Below are positions 6,729 through 14,730 of a DNA stretch of 14,781 nucleotides, in pieces. The notes under the pieces were generated by a model. That model was not told the origin of the DNA. It worked only from the letters and a program-made list of their open reading frames with translations, and did no database searches. How positions within the stretch are numbered: position 1 is the first letter of the stretch; each line of letters starts with the position of its first letter. Both the position numbers and the translations under genes were made by a program. Origin of the DNA: a virus (taxonomy: Duplodnaviria > Heunggongvirae > Uroviricota > Caudoviricetes); the IMG/VR virus record IMGVR_UViG_2778261390_000002, positions 1 to 14,781 of that record, one strand, 5' to 3'.

Positions 6729-7255
6729 CAGATAAGCTCCACTGTGCAGTGCGGCGCGTCCTGTACCCGGCTGATGGCCCAGCGGGCGTCACGCCATAAA
6801 TCACCGCTGGCTTCCGCCAGTTCCTCGCCTCGCTTCACACCAGACGCCGTGGCGTCATAGTCCTGGTATCGTTCGTTGAGCATGGCGCGGGCCCAGCAGT
6901 AAACCGCGTTGAAATAGTGCTGAATGCGCTCACTTTTCCCGTCCAGATGTTCTGCCGGAAGCTCTGCCAGCGAGGCATATCCCAGCATCAGCTGGCGTCT
7001 GCGAAACTCATACAGCTCTGCGTTGACCTCTGAAATTGCCGACAGCGCAACCTGCTTTAAACGCGGCTGCGTCACCGTGCCGTCAGTGCGCATGACACTG
7101 CGAAACTCCGACAAGTCCACATCAGGCCAGAACGGCGTATTCCTGATGATTTCCGCCTGTTCCGGTGCCTGTTCTGGCGCAACAAACTTCATGCTGCTTT
7201 CTCCTGAAATAAAGGGCGGTGGACGGGGCTTTGATGTGGCAGTGCCTTTCGCCAC
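6728..7255 (-). CDS. L: Head completion / stabilisation protein L (P2 gpL-like)
   Basis: ORF contains ...IIRNTPFWPDVDLSEFRSV...ELYEFRRRQL...WRDARWAISRVQ, gpL-like. The long form (GTG at 7255, 175 aa) matches the roughly 169-aa P2 gpL in length and leaves only about 32 nt after M. An internal ATG at 7192 with a strong AGGAGA SD is an alternative start, so the 5' end is uncertain. Confidence 0.75.
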   Translation of the reverse strand: MAKGTATSKPRPPPFISGESSMKFVAPEQAPEQAEIIRNTPFWPDVDLSEFRSVMRTDGTVTQPRLKQVALSAISEVNAELYEFRRRQLMLGYASLAELPAEHLDGKSERIQHYFNAVYCWARAMLNERYQDYDATASGVKRGEELAEASGDLWRDARWAISRVQDAPHCTVELI

Positions 7256-7287
7256 CCCGTGCCGCCCGTGCGCGGGGGCACGTTCTG

Positions 7288-7938
7288 TCAGCGGCTGTCA
7301 TTGCGCAGTCTGCGCTCCAGCTGCTGTTTGTCTTTTTTCACGCCACAGCGGGGATCGAGCTGTAACGCATGGTTGAGATGATTAAGGGCGGAAGCCGGAT
7401 TGCTTTCACTCAGGACAGCGCCAATCGCTTTATGCAGACGCGCCCGTGACTGGTCCGGCATATCCAGACCGTCTGTCAGCTCCAGCGTCTGCAACAACAG
7501 ATCGGCATCAAAGCCGGTGGCGGCAAGCATTGCGCTCTGCGCGGCGTCTGCCATTTCCTCTGCCAGCACGGCCTGCACATTGCGGTTACCCAGTGGCATC
7601 ACCCAGCCATGACGCAGGGCATGACGCCCGATCTCCAGCGCCCCGGCATAATCTCCGGCATCAATGCGCCACAGCATCACGTACATCAGCACGTCATCCT
7701 GTTGAGTGCCTCCGGCAGCCAGGACGCCCTCTGCCCAGGCGGCGTACTTCGGCAGCAGCTCCACCTTTATTTCCGCTTTTTTCACCGTGGACTGAACGCC
7801 CTTGAGACGGCGGCGGTCTTCCGCCAGTTGCAGCAGCATCAGGTCATAGCCCGACGCGTGGCGAACACTGCCGCCCTCGCGGGCGGCCTGTTCAGCCTGA
7901 ACGCGCAGGCGATGCTGCCGTGCGGGACTCAGGCTCAT
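7288..7938 (-). CDS. M: Terminase small (endonuclease) subunit M (P2 gpM-like)
   Basis: 216-aa ORF MSLSPARQHRLRVQAEQAAREGGSVRHASGYDLMLLQLAEDRR..., gpM-like. ATG at 7938 with GGAG SD. Shorter than the roughly 247-aa P2 gpM because the basic C-terminal tail is missing. Confidence 0.85.
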   Translation of the reverse strand: MSLSPARQHRLRVQAEQAAREGGSVRHASGYDLMLLQLAEDRRRLKGVQSTVKKAEIKVELLPKYAAWAEGVLAAGGTQQDDVLMYVMLWRIDAGDYAGALEIGRHALRHGWVMPLGNRNVQAVLAEEMADAAQSAMLAATGFDADLLLQTLELTDGLDMPDQSRARLHKAIGAVLSESNPASALNHLNHALQLDPRCGVKKDKQQLERRLRNDSR

Positions 7939-7941
7939 GGA

Positions 7942-9000
7942 TTACGCTCCGGCTTCTGCTGCGGCTGCGCTGAAGTCGCCAATCTGGATGTTTTCCACCA
8001 GTGCAGCGCAGCGGTAGTCCTCAACCACATAGGCTTCGTTAACGGATTCAAAATTTTCAATCCGGTCACGTTTTGGGTTGTCGATAACCGAACGACGGCG
8101 GGTGTCTTCCTGCCAGTAGATGGACAGGTTATCCAGACGGGTGATCAGCAGCGCATTCGGCGGGAAGAACGGCGCACGCACGGCCTGCAGGCCACCCATG
8201 CGTTTCTGACTGATGATCATATCGGCAGCCAGTTTTTCACTGTTTTCCTGCTCTTTGTTGACCAGCGGGAAATACTTGTCAGACAGCAGTTCACGACCGC
8301 AAATCACAACCAGATCGTCATCGTCCTGATAGACCACGTCGATAAGCTCGTTAACGGCATCCATCACCACGGCGTCCAGGTTGGCATATTCGCCACCTTT
8401 CCCGACTTTCACCGCACCCGGTGTGGTTTCACCGCCCGTGGTGGTGCTGCCCATGACGTGATCCGGTGCATCCTCACGGATTTTCTGCAGCCAGCCTTTA
8501 TTCACATCCTGCAGTAGCGGGTTTTCGCTACGGTTGGAGGTTTTCGCACGCTTCACGCCGTTAAAGCCGATCATGATGCGGTCCAGTGCCTGACGTTTCA
8601 CGATGGCGTCACGGATACGCACCTGAAAATCCTGAAACTTCGCCCACAGGTCCAGCTTCGCGTAGGTCAGTACCGTGTCAAAGTTGGTCTGCTCGCATTT
8701 ATATTCCACATCGACCATCAGCGTCGGATCGACAGGTTCACGCTCTTTCGCGGTGGTATCAGTGGTTCCGGCAATGGTGCTGCCAACTCCCAACCCCAGC
8801 AGCTGACCGGACTGCTCAGTCACTGGCGTGACGTTAATCAGCGTCAGGAAAGCGGCGGACTGCTGGATCTGGTCTTCCAGTGTCTGCTGCACGGACGGCT
8901 CTACGGTGAACTTGCTGGACAGTTCTTCAACTGCCACACCGTTCAGACGCGCCAGTTGCTGCAGGTAAGCGTTAAAAGCAAAGCGGGTATTCTTCTTCAT
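7942..9000 (-). CDS. N: Major capsid protein N (P2 gpN-like)
   Basis: 352-aa ORF MKKNTRFAFNAYLQQLARLNG...KFTVEPSVQQTL...VVEDYRCAALVENIQIGDFS, closely resembling P2 gpN along its length. ATG at 9000 with GGAG SD. Confidence 0.95.
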   Translation of the reverse strand: MKKNTRFAFNAYLQQLARLNGVAVEELSSKFTVEPSVQQTLEDQIQQSAAFLTLINVTPVTEQSGQLLGLGVGSTIAGTTDTTAKEREPVDPTLMVDVEYKCEQTNFDTVLTYAKLDLWAKFQDFQVRIRDAIVKRQALDRIMIGFNGVKRAKTSNRSENPLLQDVNKGWLQKIREDAPDHVMGSTTTGGETTPGAVKVGKGGEYANLDAVVMDAVNELIDVVYQDDDDLVVICGRELLSDKYFPLVNKEQENSEKLAADMIISQKRMGGLQAVRAPFFPPNALLITRLDNLSIYWQEDTRRRSVIDNPKRDRIENFESVNEAYVVEDYRCAALVENIQIGDFSAAAAEAGA

Positions 9001-9016
9001 CAGGTTTTGTGCTCCA

Positions 9017-9850
9017 TCAGCAATTGGTCAGAGTGTCAGCGGGGGCGTTACCGCCTGTTGCACGCTGGCGGTAGTCCTGGCGGCTGTCTTCTTGGCTCAA
9101 CTTGTCCACCAGTTCGTTAAAGGCGGTCTGCTGTGCCTGCAGGGCAGTCTCCAGCTCAGACAGGCGTTCTTCCTGCTCAGACAGGGATTTTTCGGTGCGC
9201 GCACTCAGGTTCTGCTGCTCAGTGGCGACCAGTTCCACGGCCTTATGCACATCAGAGAACCGGGCATCATCGGACTGCTCTTTTTTGGTGAACAGCGCCG
9301 TGACACGGGCAAACAGGGACGGTTTGTCATCCTGGATTTCTTCCAGTTCGATCACCGTTTCCTCTGCAGCGGTAAAAAGATTGGCGGGATTCTGCTTGCG
9401 GTTTGCCAGCGGGTTTTGGGCTGCACTGGCGCTGAATGTCAGCATTTCAGTGCCCAGACTGGCAGGGTCATCAGTGGCAGCCAGGCCGACCAGGTAGGCT
9501 TTGCCCGTATCAGCGAACTTCGGGCTGACTTCCATAGAGGTGAATAATTTCTGGCCTTTTTTCACCAGTTCCACCAGGGACTCCGTTGGCTCAACGTCGG
9601 CATACAGCGCCATCTTGCCTGCCAGCGGACCTTCCGTGATTTCTTCAGCAAACAGCGCCGTCACCTTGCCGTAGCGGTTAAAGGTGCTGTCCGGGAGATA
9701 AGACTTGATGTGCTCAAGGTTAATCAGCGCGGTATACACCGCCGGGTTGTAGCTGGCTGCCATCTGTTCCAGCCATTCACGCTGGATTTCGCGTCCGTCG
9801 GTGGTGGCACCTTCCACCCCGATGCGAAAACGCTTTGCTTTCACTGTCAT
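9017..9850 (-). CDS. O: Capsid scaffolding protein O (P2 gpO-like)
   Basis: 277-aa ORF MTVKAKRFRIGVEGATTDGREIQ...YLVGLAATDDPASLGTEMLTF...ATGGNAPADTLTNC, gpO-like. ATG at 9850 with GGAG SD. First gene of the leftward late operon, divergent from P. Confidence 0.9.
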   Translation of the reverse strand: MTVKAKRFRIGVEGATTDGREIQREWLEQMAASYNPAVYTALINLEHIKSYLPDSTFNRYGKVTALFAEEITEGPLAGKMALYADVEPTESLVELVKKGQKLFTSMEVSPKFADTGKAYLVGLAATDDPASLGTEMLTFSASAAQNPLANRKQNPANLFTAAEETVIELEEIQDDKPSLFARVTALFTKKEQSDDARFSDVHKAVELVATEQQNLSARTEKSLSEQEERLSELETALQAQQTAFNELVDKLSQEDSRQDYRQRATGGNAPADTLTNC

Positions 9851-9928
9851 GAGCCGTGCTCCGTTAGAAAAAACTTACTGGAGCCTTATGGTTGCGGTGA
9901 TGGGGGCAGTGAAACAATGCGCGGTATT

Positions 9929-9992
9929 TGTACCGACAACCACACAAACCGCAGGCGGGGAAAGCCTTCATTCAAGGTTGTAGGTTTGTGCC
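9929..9992 (+). promoter_or_regulatory. Candidate Ogr-type late promoter for P/Q: TGT-N12-ACA box plus -10-like hexamer
   Basis: TGTACCGACAACCACACA at 9929-9946 matches TGT-N12-ACA. Its centre is 55.5 nt upstream of the A of the P ATG. TAGGTT at 9981-9986 sits 34 nt after the box and 6 nt before the ATG. This is the same geometry as upstream of V. Confidence 0.5.
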
Positions 9993-11759
9993 ATGAACAC
10001 CACACTGACACCCGCAGATCTCGATCCCCGTCGGCAGGCCATGCTGCTGTACTTTCAGGGATACCGCGTAGCCCGCATTGCTGAAATGCTGGGCGAGAAA
10101 GTTGCAACCGTTCACAGCTGGAAAAAACGCGACAAGTGGGGTGACTATGGGCCGCTGGATCAGATGCAGCTCACCACCGCCGCACGCTACTGCCAGCTCA
10201 TTATGAAGGAGCACAAAGAAGGGAAAGATTTCAAAGAGATTGACCTGCTGGCGCGCCAGTCTGAGCGCCACGCGCGGATCGGCAAATTTAACAATGGCGG
10301 CAACGAAGCCGACTTAAATCCTAACGTCGCCAACCGCAACAAAGGCCCGCGCCGTCAGCCGGAAAAAAATGTCTTCACCGATGAACAGATTGAGAAGCTG
10401 GAAGAAATCTTCCATTCCTCCATGTTCAACTACCAGCGCCACTGGTGGGAAGCCGGAAAAACCAACCGCATCCGCAACCTGCTGAAGTCACGCCAGATCG
10501 GCGCGACCTTCTATTTTGCCCGTGAAGCCCTGATTGACGCCCTGCTTACCGGACGTAACCAGATTTTCCTTTCTGCCAGTAAGGCACAGGCCCACGTCTT
10601 TAAGCAGTACATCATCGACTTCGCCAAAGAAGTGGAGGTGGAGCTGAAAGGCGATCCGATGGTGCTTCCTAACGGGGCCACGCTTTACTTCCTCGGCACC
10701 AATGCCCGCACGGCCCAGAGTTATCACGGCAACCTGTATCTGGATGAATATTTCTGGATACCGAAATTTCAGGAGCTACGCAAAGTGGCTTCCGGTATGG
10801 CTATTCACAAGAAATGGCGGCAGACCTATTTTTCCACACCATCCAGTCTGACCCACAGTGCTTATCCGTTCTGGTCCGGTGCGCTGTTCAACCGTGGGCG
10901 CAACAAAGCCGATAAGGTGGACATCGACCTGTCCCACAGCAATCTGGCCCCCGGCCTGCTGTGCGCAGACGGGCAATACCGCCAGATAGTCACCGTGGAA
11001 GATGCGGTGCGCGGCGGCTGTAACCTGTTCGATCTCGACCAGTTGCGCATGGAGTACAGCCCGGACGAATACCAGAACCTGCTGATGTGTGAGTTCGTGG
11101 ACGATCTCGCGTCCGTGTTCCCGCTCAGCGAGCTGCAGGCGTGCATGGTGGACAGCTGGGAAGTCTGGACCGACTTTCATGCACTGGCGCTGCGCCCGTT
11201 TGGCTGGCGCGAAGTGTGGATCGGTTATGACCCGGCAAAAGGTACGCAAAACGGCGACAGCGCCGGGTGCGTGGTGGTGGCACCGCCAGCGGTGCCAGGC
11301 GGTAAGTTTCGCATTCTTGAGCGTCACCAGTGGCGCGGGATGGACTTCCGCGCCCAGGCTGACGCCATCAAAAAACTGACCGAACAGTACAACGTGACCT
11401 ATATCGGCATCGACTCAACCGGCGTCGGTCACGGGGTTTACGAGAACGTGAAAGCGTTTTTTCCTGCCGTCCGGGAGTTTGTCTACAACCCCAACGTTAA
11501 AAACGCCCTAGTACTCAAGGCCTACGACATTATTAGCCACCGCCGCCTGGAGTTTGACGCCGGGCACACCGACATAGCGCAGTCCTTTATGGCAATCCGT
11601 CGCGCCACCACTGCCAGCGGCAACCGCCCGACCTATGAAGCCAGCCGCAGCGAAGAAGCCAGCCACGCCGATCTGGCCTGGGCAACAATGCACGCACTGT
11701 TTAACGAACCGCTGCAGGGCGAGTCCGCCAATACCAGCAATATTGTGGAGATTTTTTGA
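9993..11759 (+). CDS. P: Terminase large (ATPase) subunit P (P2 gpP-like)
   Basis: 588-aa ORF, close to the roughly 590 aa of P2 gpP, with gpP-like sequence throughout. 9993 is the first start codon after an in-frame TAG. Stop TGA overlaps the Q ATG (TGATG). Confidence 0.95.
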   Translation: MNTTLTPADLDPRRQAMLLYFQGYRVARIAEMLGEKVATVHSWKKRDKWGDYGPLDQMQLTTAARYCQLIMKEHKEGKDFKEIDLLARQSERHARIGKFNNGGNEADLNPNVANRNKGPRRQPEKNVFTDEQIEKLEEIFHSSMFNYQRHWWEAGKTNRIRNLLKSRQIGATFYFAREALIDALLTGRNQIFLSASKAQAHVFKQYIIDFAKEVEVELKGDPMVLPNGATLYFLGTNARTAQSYHGNLYLDEYFWIPKFQELRKVASGMAIHKKWRQTYFSTPSSLTHSAYPFWSGALFNRGRNKADKVDIDLSHSNLAPGLLCADGQYRQIVTVEDAVRGGCNLFDLDQLRMEYSPDEYQNLLMCEFVDDLASVFPLSELQACMVDSWEVWTDFHALALRPFGWREVWIGYDPAKGTQNGDSAGCVVVAPPAVPGGKFRILERHQWRGMDFRAQADAIKKLTEQYNVTYIGIDSTGVGHGVYENVKAFFPAVREFVYNPNVKNALVLKAYDIISHRRLEFDAGHTDIAQSFMAIRRATTASGNRPTYEASRSEEASHADLAWATMHALFNEPLQGESANTSNIVEIF

Positions 11760-12790
11760 TGGGAAAGAGTAAGAAAAACCGCGCTGCGGCGACGAATCAG
11801 CTCAAGCATAAAAGCCAAACTTCAGCCGAAGCATTCAGCTTTGGCGATCCCGTTCCTGTTCTGGACCGCCGTGAACTGCTGGACTATGTGGAATGCGTAC
11901 AGATGGACCGCTGGTATGAGCCGCCCGTCAGCTTTGACGGACTGGCACGAACCTTCCGCGCCGCCGTGCATCACAGCTCACCAATTGCGGTGAAATGCAA
12001 CATTCTGACCAGTACCTACATCCCTCACCCGCTGCTCAGCCAGCAGGCTTTTTCACGTTTTGTGCAGGACTATCTGGTATTTGGTAACGCCTACCTGGAG
12101 AAACGCACGAACCGCTTCGGTGAAGTTATCGCCCTTGAGCCTGCTCTGGCAAAATACACCCGACGCGGGTTAGACTTGGATACCTACTGGTTTGTGCAAT
12201 ACGGTATGACAACCCAGCCGTATCAGTTCACGAAAGGCAGCATTTTTCATCTGATGGAACCGGACATCAACCAGGAGATCTACGGCCTGCCAGGTTATCT
12301 TTCTGCCATTCCATCAGCCCTGCTCAACGAGTCCGCCACGCTGTTCCGCCGCAAGTATTACATTAACGGCAGTCATGCAGGCTTCATCATGTACATGACC
12401 GATGCCGCGCAGAACCAGGAGGATGTGAACAACCTCCGCAATGCGATGAAAAGCGCCAAAGGCCCTGGCAACTTCCGTAACCTGTTTATGTACTCGCCTA
12501 ACGGTAAAAAGGACGGGCTTCAGATTATCCCGTTGTCAGAAGTGGCGGCGAAGGATGAGTTCCTGAATATCAAGAACGTGAGCCGGGACGACATGATGGC
12601 GGCGCATCGTGTGCCGCCACAAATGATGGGGATAATGCCTAATAATGTCGGGGGGTTTGGGGATGTGGAGAAGGCCAGTCTCGTTTTTGTTCGTAATGAG
12701 TTAATACCATTGCAGAAACGACTAAAGGAACTAAATCACTGGCTTGGTGAGAAAGTAGTTAACTTTAAAACTTATGCCTTAAACTGTTAA
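11759..12790 (+). CDS. Q: Portal protein Q (P2 gpQ-like)
   Basis: 343 aa from ATG 11759 (MGKSKKNRAAATNQ...AFSFGDPVPVLDRRELLDYVECVQMDRWYEPPVSF...), gpQ-like. GGAG lies 10 nt upstream. The ORF-track start at 11756 is a TTG one codon earlier. Confidence 0.95.
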   Translation: MGKSKKNRAAATNQLKHKSQTSAEAFSFGDPVPVLDRRELLDYVECVQMDRWYEPPVSFDGLARTFRAAVHHSSPIAVKCNILTSTYIPHPLLSQQAFSRFVQDYLVFGNAYLEKRTNRFGEVIALEPALAKYTRRGLDLDTYWFVQYGMTTQPYQFTKGSIFHLMEPDINQEIYGLPGYLSAIPSALLNESATLFRRKYYINGSHAGFIMYMTDAAQNQEDVNNLRNAMKSAKGPGNFRNLFMYSPNGKKDGLQIIPLSEVAAKDEFLNIKNVSRDDMMAAHRVPPQMMGIMPNNVGGFGDVEKASLVFVRNELIPLQKRLKELNHWLGEKVVNFKTYALNC

Positions 12791-12807
12791 AAATGATTAT
12801 GAAACAA

Positions 12808-12826
12808 GGCGCTTAACATAAGCGCC
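12808..12826. terminator. Candidate bidirectional intrinsic terminator between convergent Q and the island gene
   Basis: Perfect hairpin GGCGCTTA-aca-TAAGCGCC (8-bp stem, 3-nt loop), placed between the Q stop (12790) and the minus-strand gene stop (12836). Flanks are A/T-rich on both strands, but neither side has a clean U-run. Confidence 0.45.
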
Positions 12827-12835
12827 CAATATATA

Positions 12836-14617
12836 TTAGATTATATTATAGGCCTTCGCTGACATAGATAATGTTCTAATCTGAACTTTTTGGGCATTCC
12901 ATTCCTCATCGTTAGATGAATACTCATCAATAAACTCATTAACCACCTTAAGGTTTGACTTCTTATACTCGTTTATTTTTTGACTTAAGCTATCATTTTT
13001 ACATGATTCATTCAAAGTAAAGCAAAGAGGAAGAAGATTCCCCATTAATCCAACAACCTCTGAGTCAAAACTACTTTGTGCACCAATATGCTCGAGTGAA
13101 ACTAAGTCTAATTTTAACTCATTAGTTCCTCGCAATTTCTTTTCAAAACGTTCAAAAATATACATTATGAGCTTACGCTGGGAGGCTTTTTTATTTGTAT
13201 AAAATAAATTTTTAACAAATGCCTCATTGAATACTTTTTCATTTGGACTTTTCGCAGAAAAGTATGCTATTGCTTCACTAATGGTTGATTCGATACTACG
13301 TTTATTAGTAGCTTTATCAAGGCTTACTGCTAATACTGAATACTTGGCGTCTATGCCAGAGGGTCTTAATCGGCAAATAGCATTAAATCTAAAGTGGAAT
13401 CTCTCTAAACACATTAGACACTCTATTAAACTTTTTTGCGAAAGACTTCTAGATTTATCTCTTCTTTTTCTTAATAATGACAAAATGAATGGGCGAGGGA
13501 TTGAAACATTGAATATTTCAAATGCTTTAAGTGAATTGTAAATATCTCGCTGATCCTGTTGAGGCCAATCATCAATATCTGGAGAAATTATCTTACAATA
13601 TAAATCAACATCTTTATGCAACTCATCCAAAAATGAAATTGCAGTTAATCCATAAACACCATCATTTATCTCTCTTTTAAAGGCACGGTATAGTTGATCT
13701 TCACCTATATAATTAAACTTAGAAAGCCACCAACACCTGACATAATCAACCATTGTAGCGTTACTATCTCTAGCTTCGATGCAATTAGTAATATAATCCC
13801 ATTTCTCTTTGGCTTTATCTATTGGATATGTTTCAATACAACTCTGGAAAACTTTATTTTTAATCAGATCAAGGGAGCTTAAGTTTATTCCCCTTGCATT
13901 CAAAACCTCGAAAATATCATACGCGTCATCTTCCTTGCCTACTGATATCCTTACTAATTTAAGATAATTAGTAACCATATTGTAAACGGCATTCAAGCAA
14001 AAAAGGTAATCTTCCTTTTTATACTTTACTGCACCGTCACGCAACAAAGAAGAACATAATGCTTTCTTTCCTAGCTTTCTGCTTAAATACAACCCAGCAT
14101 ATTGAATCTTTTTATCTTCATCGCAAGTCACATCAGCTTTATGCTCAACTCTATCTTGGAATTTTAGTTTAAAAAAAGCCCTGTCACTATTTTTAGAAAG
14201 CTTCTCAACTACTGAGTCGCCATTAGAACTGACAGAATTTCTATTGAACGTCTGATTTGCGGTTACGATATATGTTTTAAAAATATCATCAGCAAATTCG
14301 GCCTTCCCATTTTTTCTTAAAAACCTAGAAATTAAAGAAAGTAGAATTGTAATAACACTGAAACGCTGCTGACCATCAACAATCTCCAAAACATTATCAC
14401 TGTCAGCACCAGACAATACAATTGTACCAATAAAGTACTCATTGAATTCAAAGTCATCCCCTTTGGGATTTAATTTTATATTTCTTATTATGTCTTGCCA
14501 CAATTCATCAAGTTGTAACTTTTCCCAACTAAATTCTCGTTGATTCCGTGGAATCACATAACGCTGTTTAACAGAAAGTATATTTTTAATATTTAAAGGA
14601 GTTGCATCAAAATTCAT
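12836..14617 (-). CDS. DUF262/DUF1524 (GmrSD-family, ParB-like NTPase plus HNH-like nuclease) protein; putative type IV restriction / anti-phage defence enzyme
   Basis: N-terminal DUF262 motifs are present: RYVIPRNQREFSWEK (IPxxQRxFxW type), EIVDGQQRFSVI (DGQQR) and DIFEVLNARGINLSSLDLIKNK. C-terminal DUF1524 motifs are present: LEHIGAQ (EHIxxQ) and GNLLPLCFTLNESCKND. Strongly AT-rich. Start is most likely ATG at 14617 (MNFDATPLNIKNILS..., 593 aa), with a GGGAA SD-like sequence and a TTGTTT-N17-TAAATT promoter-like sequence upstream. The ORF-track TTG at 14668 would lie upstream of that putative transcription start. Confidence 0.85.
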   Translation of the reverse strand: MNFDATPLNIKNILSVKQRYVIPRNQREFSWEKLQLDELWQDIIRNIKLNPKGDDFEFNEYFIGTIVLSGADSDNVLEIVDGQQRFSVITILLSLISRFLRKNGKAEFADDIFKTYIVTANQTFNRNSVSSNGDSVVEKLSKNSDRAFFKLKFQDRVEHKADVTCDEDKKIQYAGLYLSRKLGKKALCSSLLRDGAVKYKKEDYLFCLNAVYNMVTNYLKLVRISVGKEDDAYDIFEVLNARGINLSSLDLIKNKVFQSCIETYPIDKAKEKWDYITNCIEARDSNATMVDYVRCWWLSKFNYIGEDQLYRAFKREINDGVYGLTAISFLDELHKDVDLYCKIISPDIDDWPQQDQRDIYNSLKAFEIFNVSIPRPFILSLLRKRRDKSRSLSQKSLIECLMCLERFHFRFNAICRLRPSGIDAKYSVLAVSLDKATNKRSIESTISEAIAYFSAKSPNEKVFNEAFVKNLFYTNKKASQRKLIMYIFERFEKKLRGTNELKLDLVSLEHIGAQSSFDSEVVGLMGNLLPLCFTLNESCKNDSLSQKINEYKKSNLKVVNEFIDEYSSNDEEWNAQKVQIRTLSMSAKAYNII

Positions 14618-14654
14618 ATCATCATTCCCTAGACATGACCATGGGTTGATCGTT

Positions 14655-14683
14655 AATTTACTTAACAAGATAGATTAAAACAA
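14655..14683 (-). promoter_or_regulatory. Candidate sigma70-type promoter for the DUF262/DUF1524 gene
   Basis: Minus strand reads TTGTTT (14683-14678), a 17-nt spacer, then TAAATT (14660-14655). Predicted start near 14648, about 30 nt upstream of ATG 14617. Lies in AT-rich DNA, so a chance match is possible. Confidence 0.35.
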
Positions 14684-14710
14684 CTATTACTAATTCATAT
14701 CTCAGCGCGC

Positions 14711-14730
14711 GCTCGTATCCCCGCCACGCC
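14711..14730. other. cos-like cohesive-end site (P2/186-type)
   Basis: Minus strand reads GGCGTGGCGGGGATACGAGC followed by GCGCGCTGAG. The first 13 nt match the 19-nt cohesive ends I recall for 186 (GGCGTGGCGGGGAAAGCAT) and, with one mismatch, P2 (GGCGAGGCGGGGAAAGCAC). Orientation and position fit P2, where Q is transcribed toward the left cos. An abrupt return to GC-rich sequence occurs at about 14703. Confidence 0.5.

Noticed and set aside
7609-8517. Plus-strand 302-aa ORF
   Set aside because: Antisense across the M/N junction and most of the major capsid gene N, which is unambiguous. The translation is Gly/Arg/His-rich and without recognisable motifs.
9987-10004. A second TGT-N12-ACA match (TGTGCCATGAACACCACA)
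   Set aside because: It overlaps the P start codon and coding sequence, and cannot be at -55 of any plausible promoter for P or O. Treated as a chance match.
10776-11327. Minus-strand 183-aa ORF, plus neighbours 10488-10727 and 10862-11146
   Set aside because: Antisense within the large terminase gene P.
13227-13882. Plus-strand ORFs of 104 and 62 aa inside the AT-rich island
   Set aside because: Antisense within the DUF262/DUF1524 gene. In AT-rich DNA the long open frame on the minus strand is the informative one, and no start signals were seen.
14618-14668. TTG-initiated 17-aa N-terminal extension of the DUF262/DUF1524 protein
   Set aside because: ATG at 14617 has an SD-like GGGAA and lies downstream of a plausible promoter, whereas the TTG would lie upstream of that predicted start. 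The DUF262 N-terminal motif spacing is normal from the ATG.
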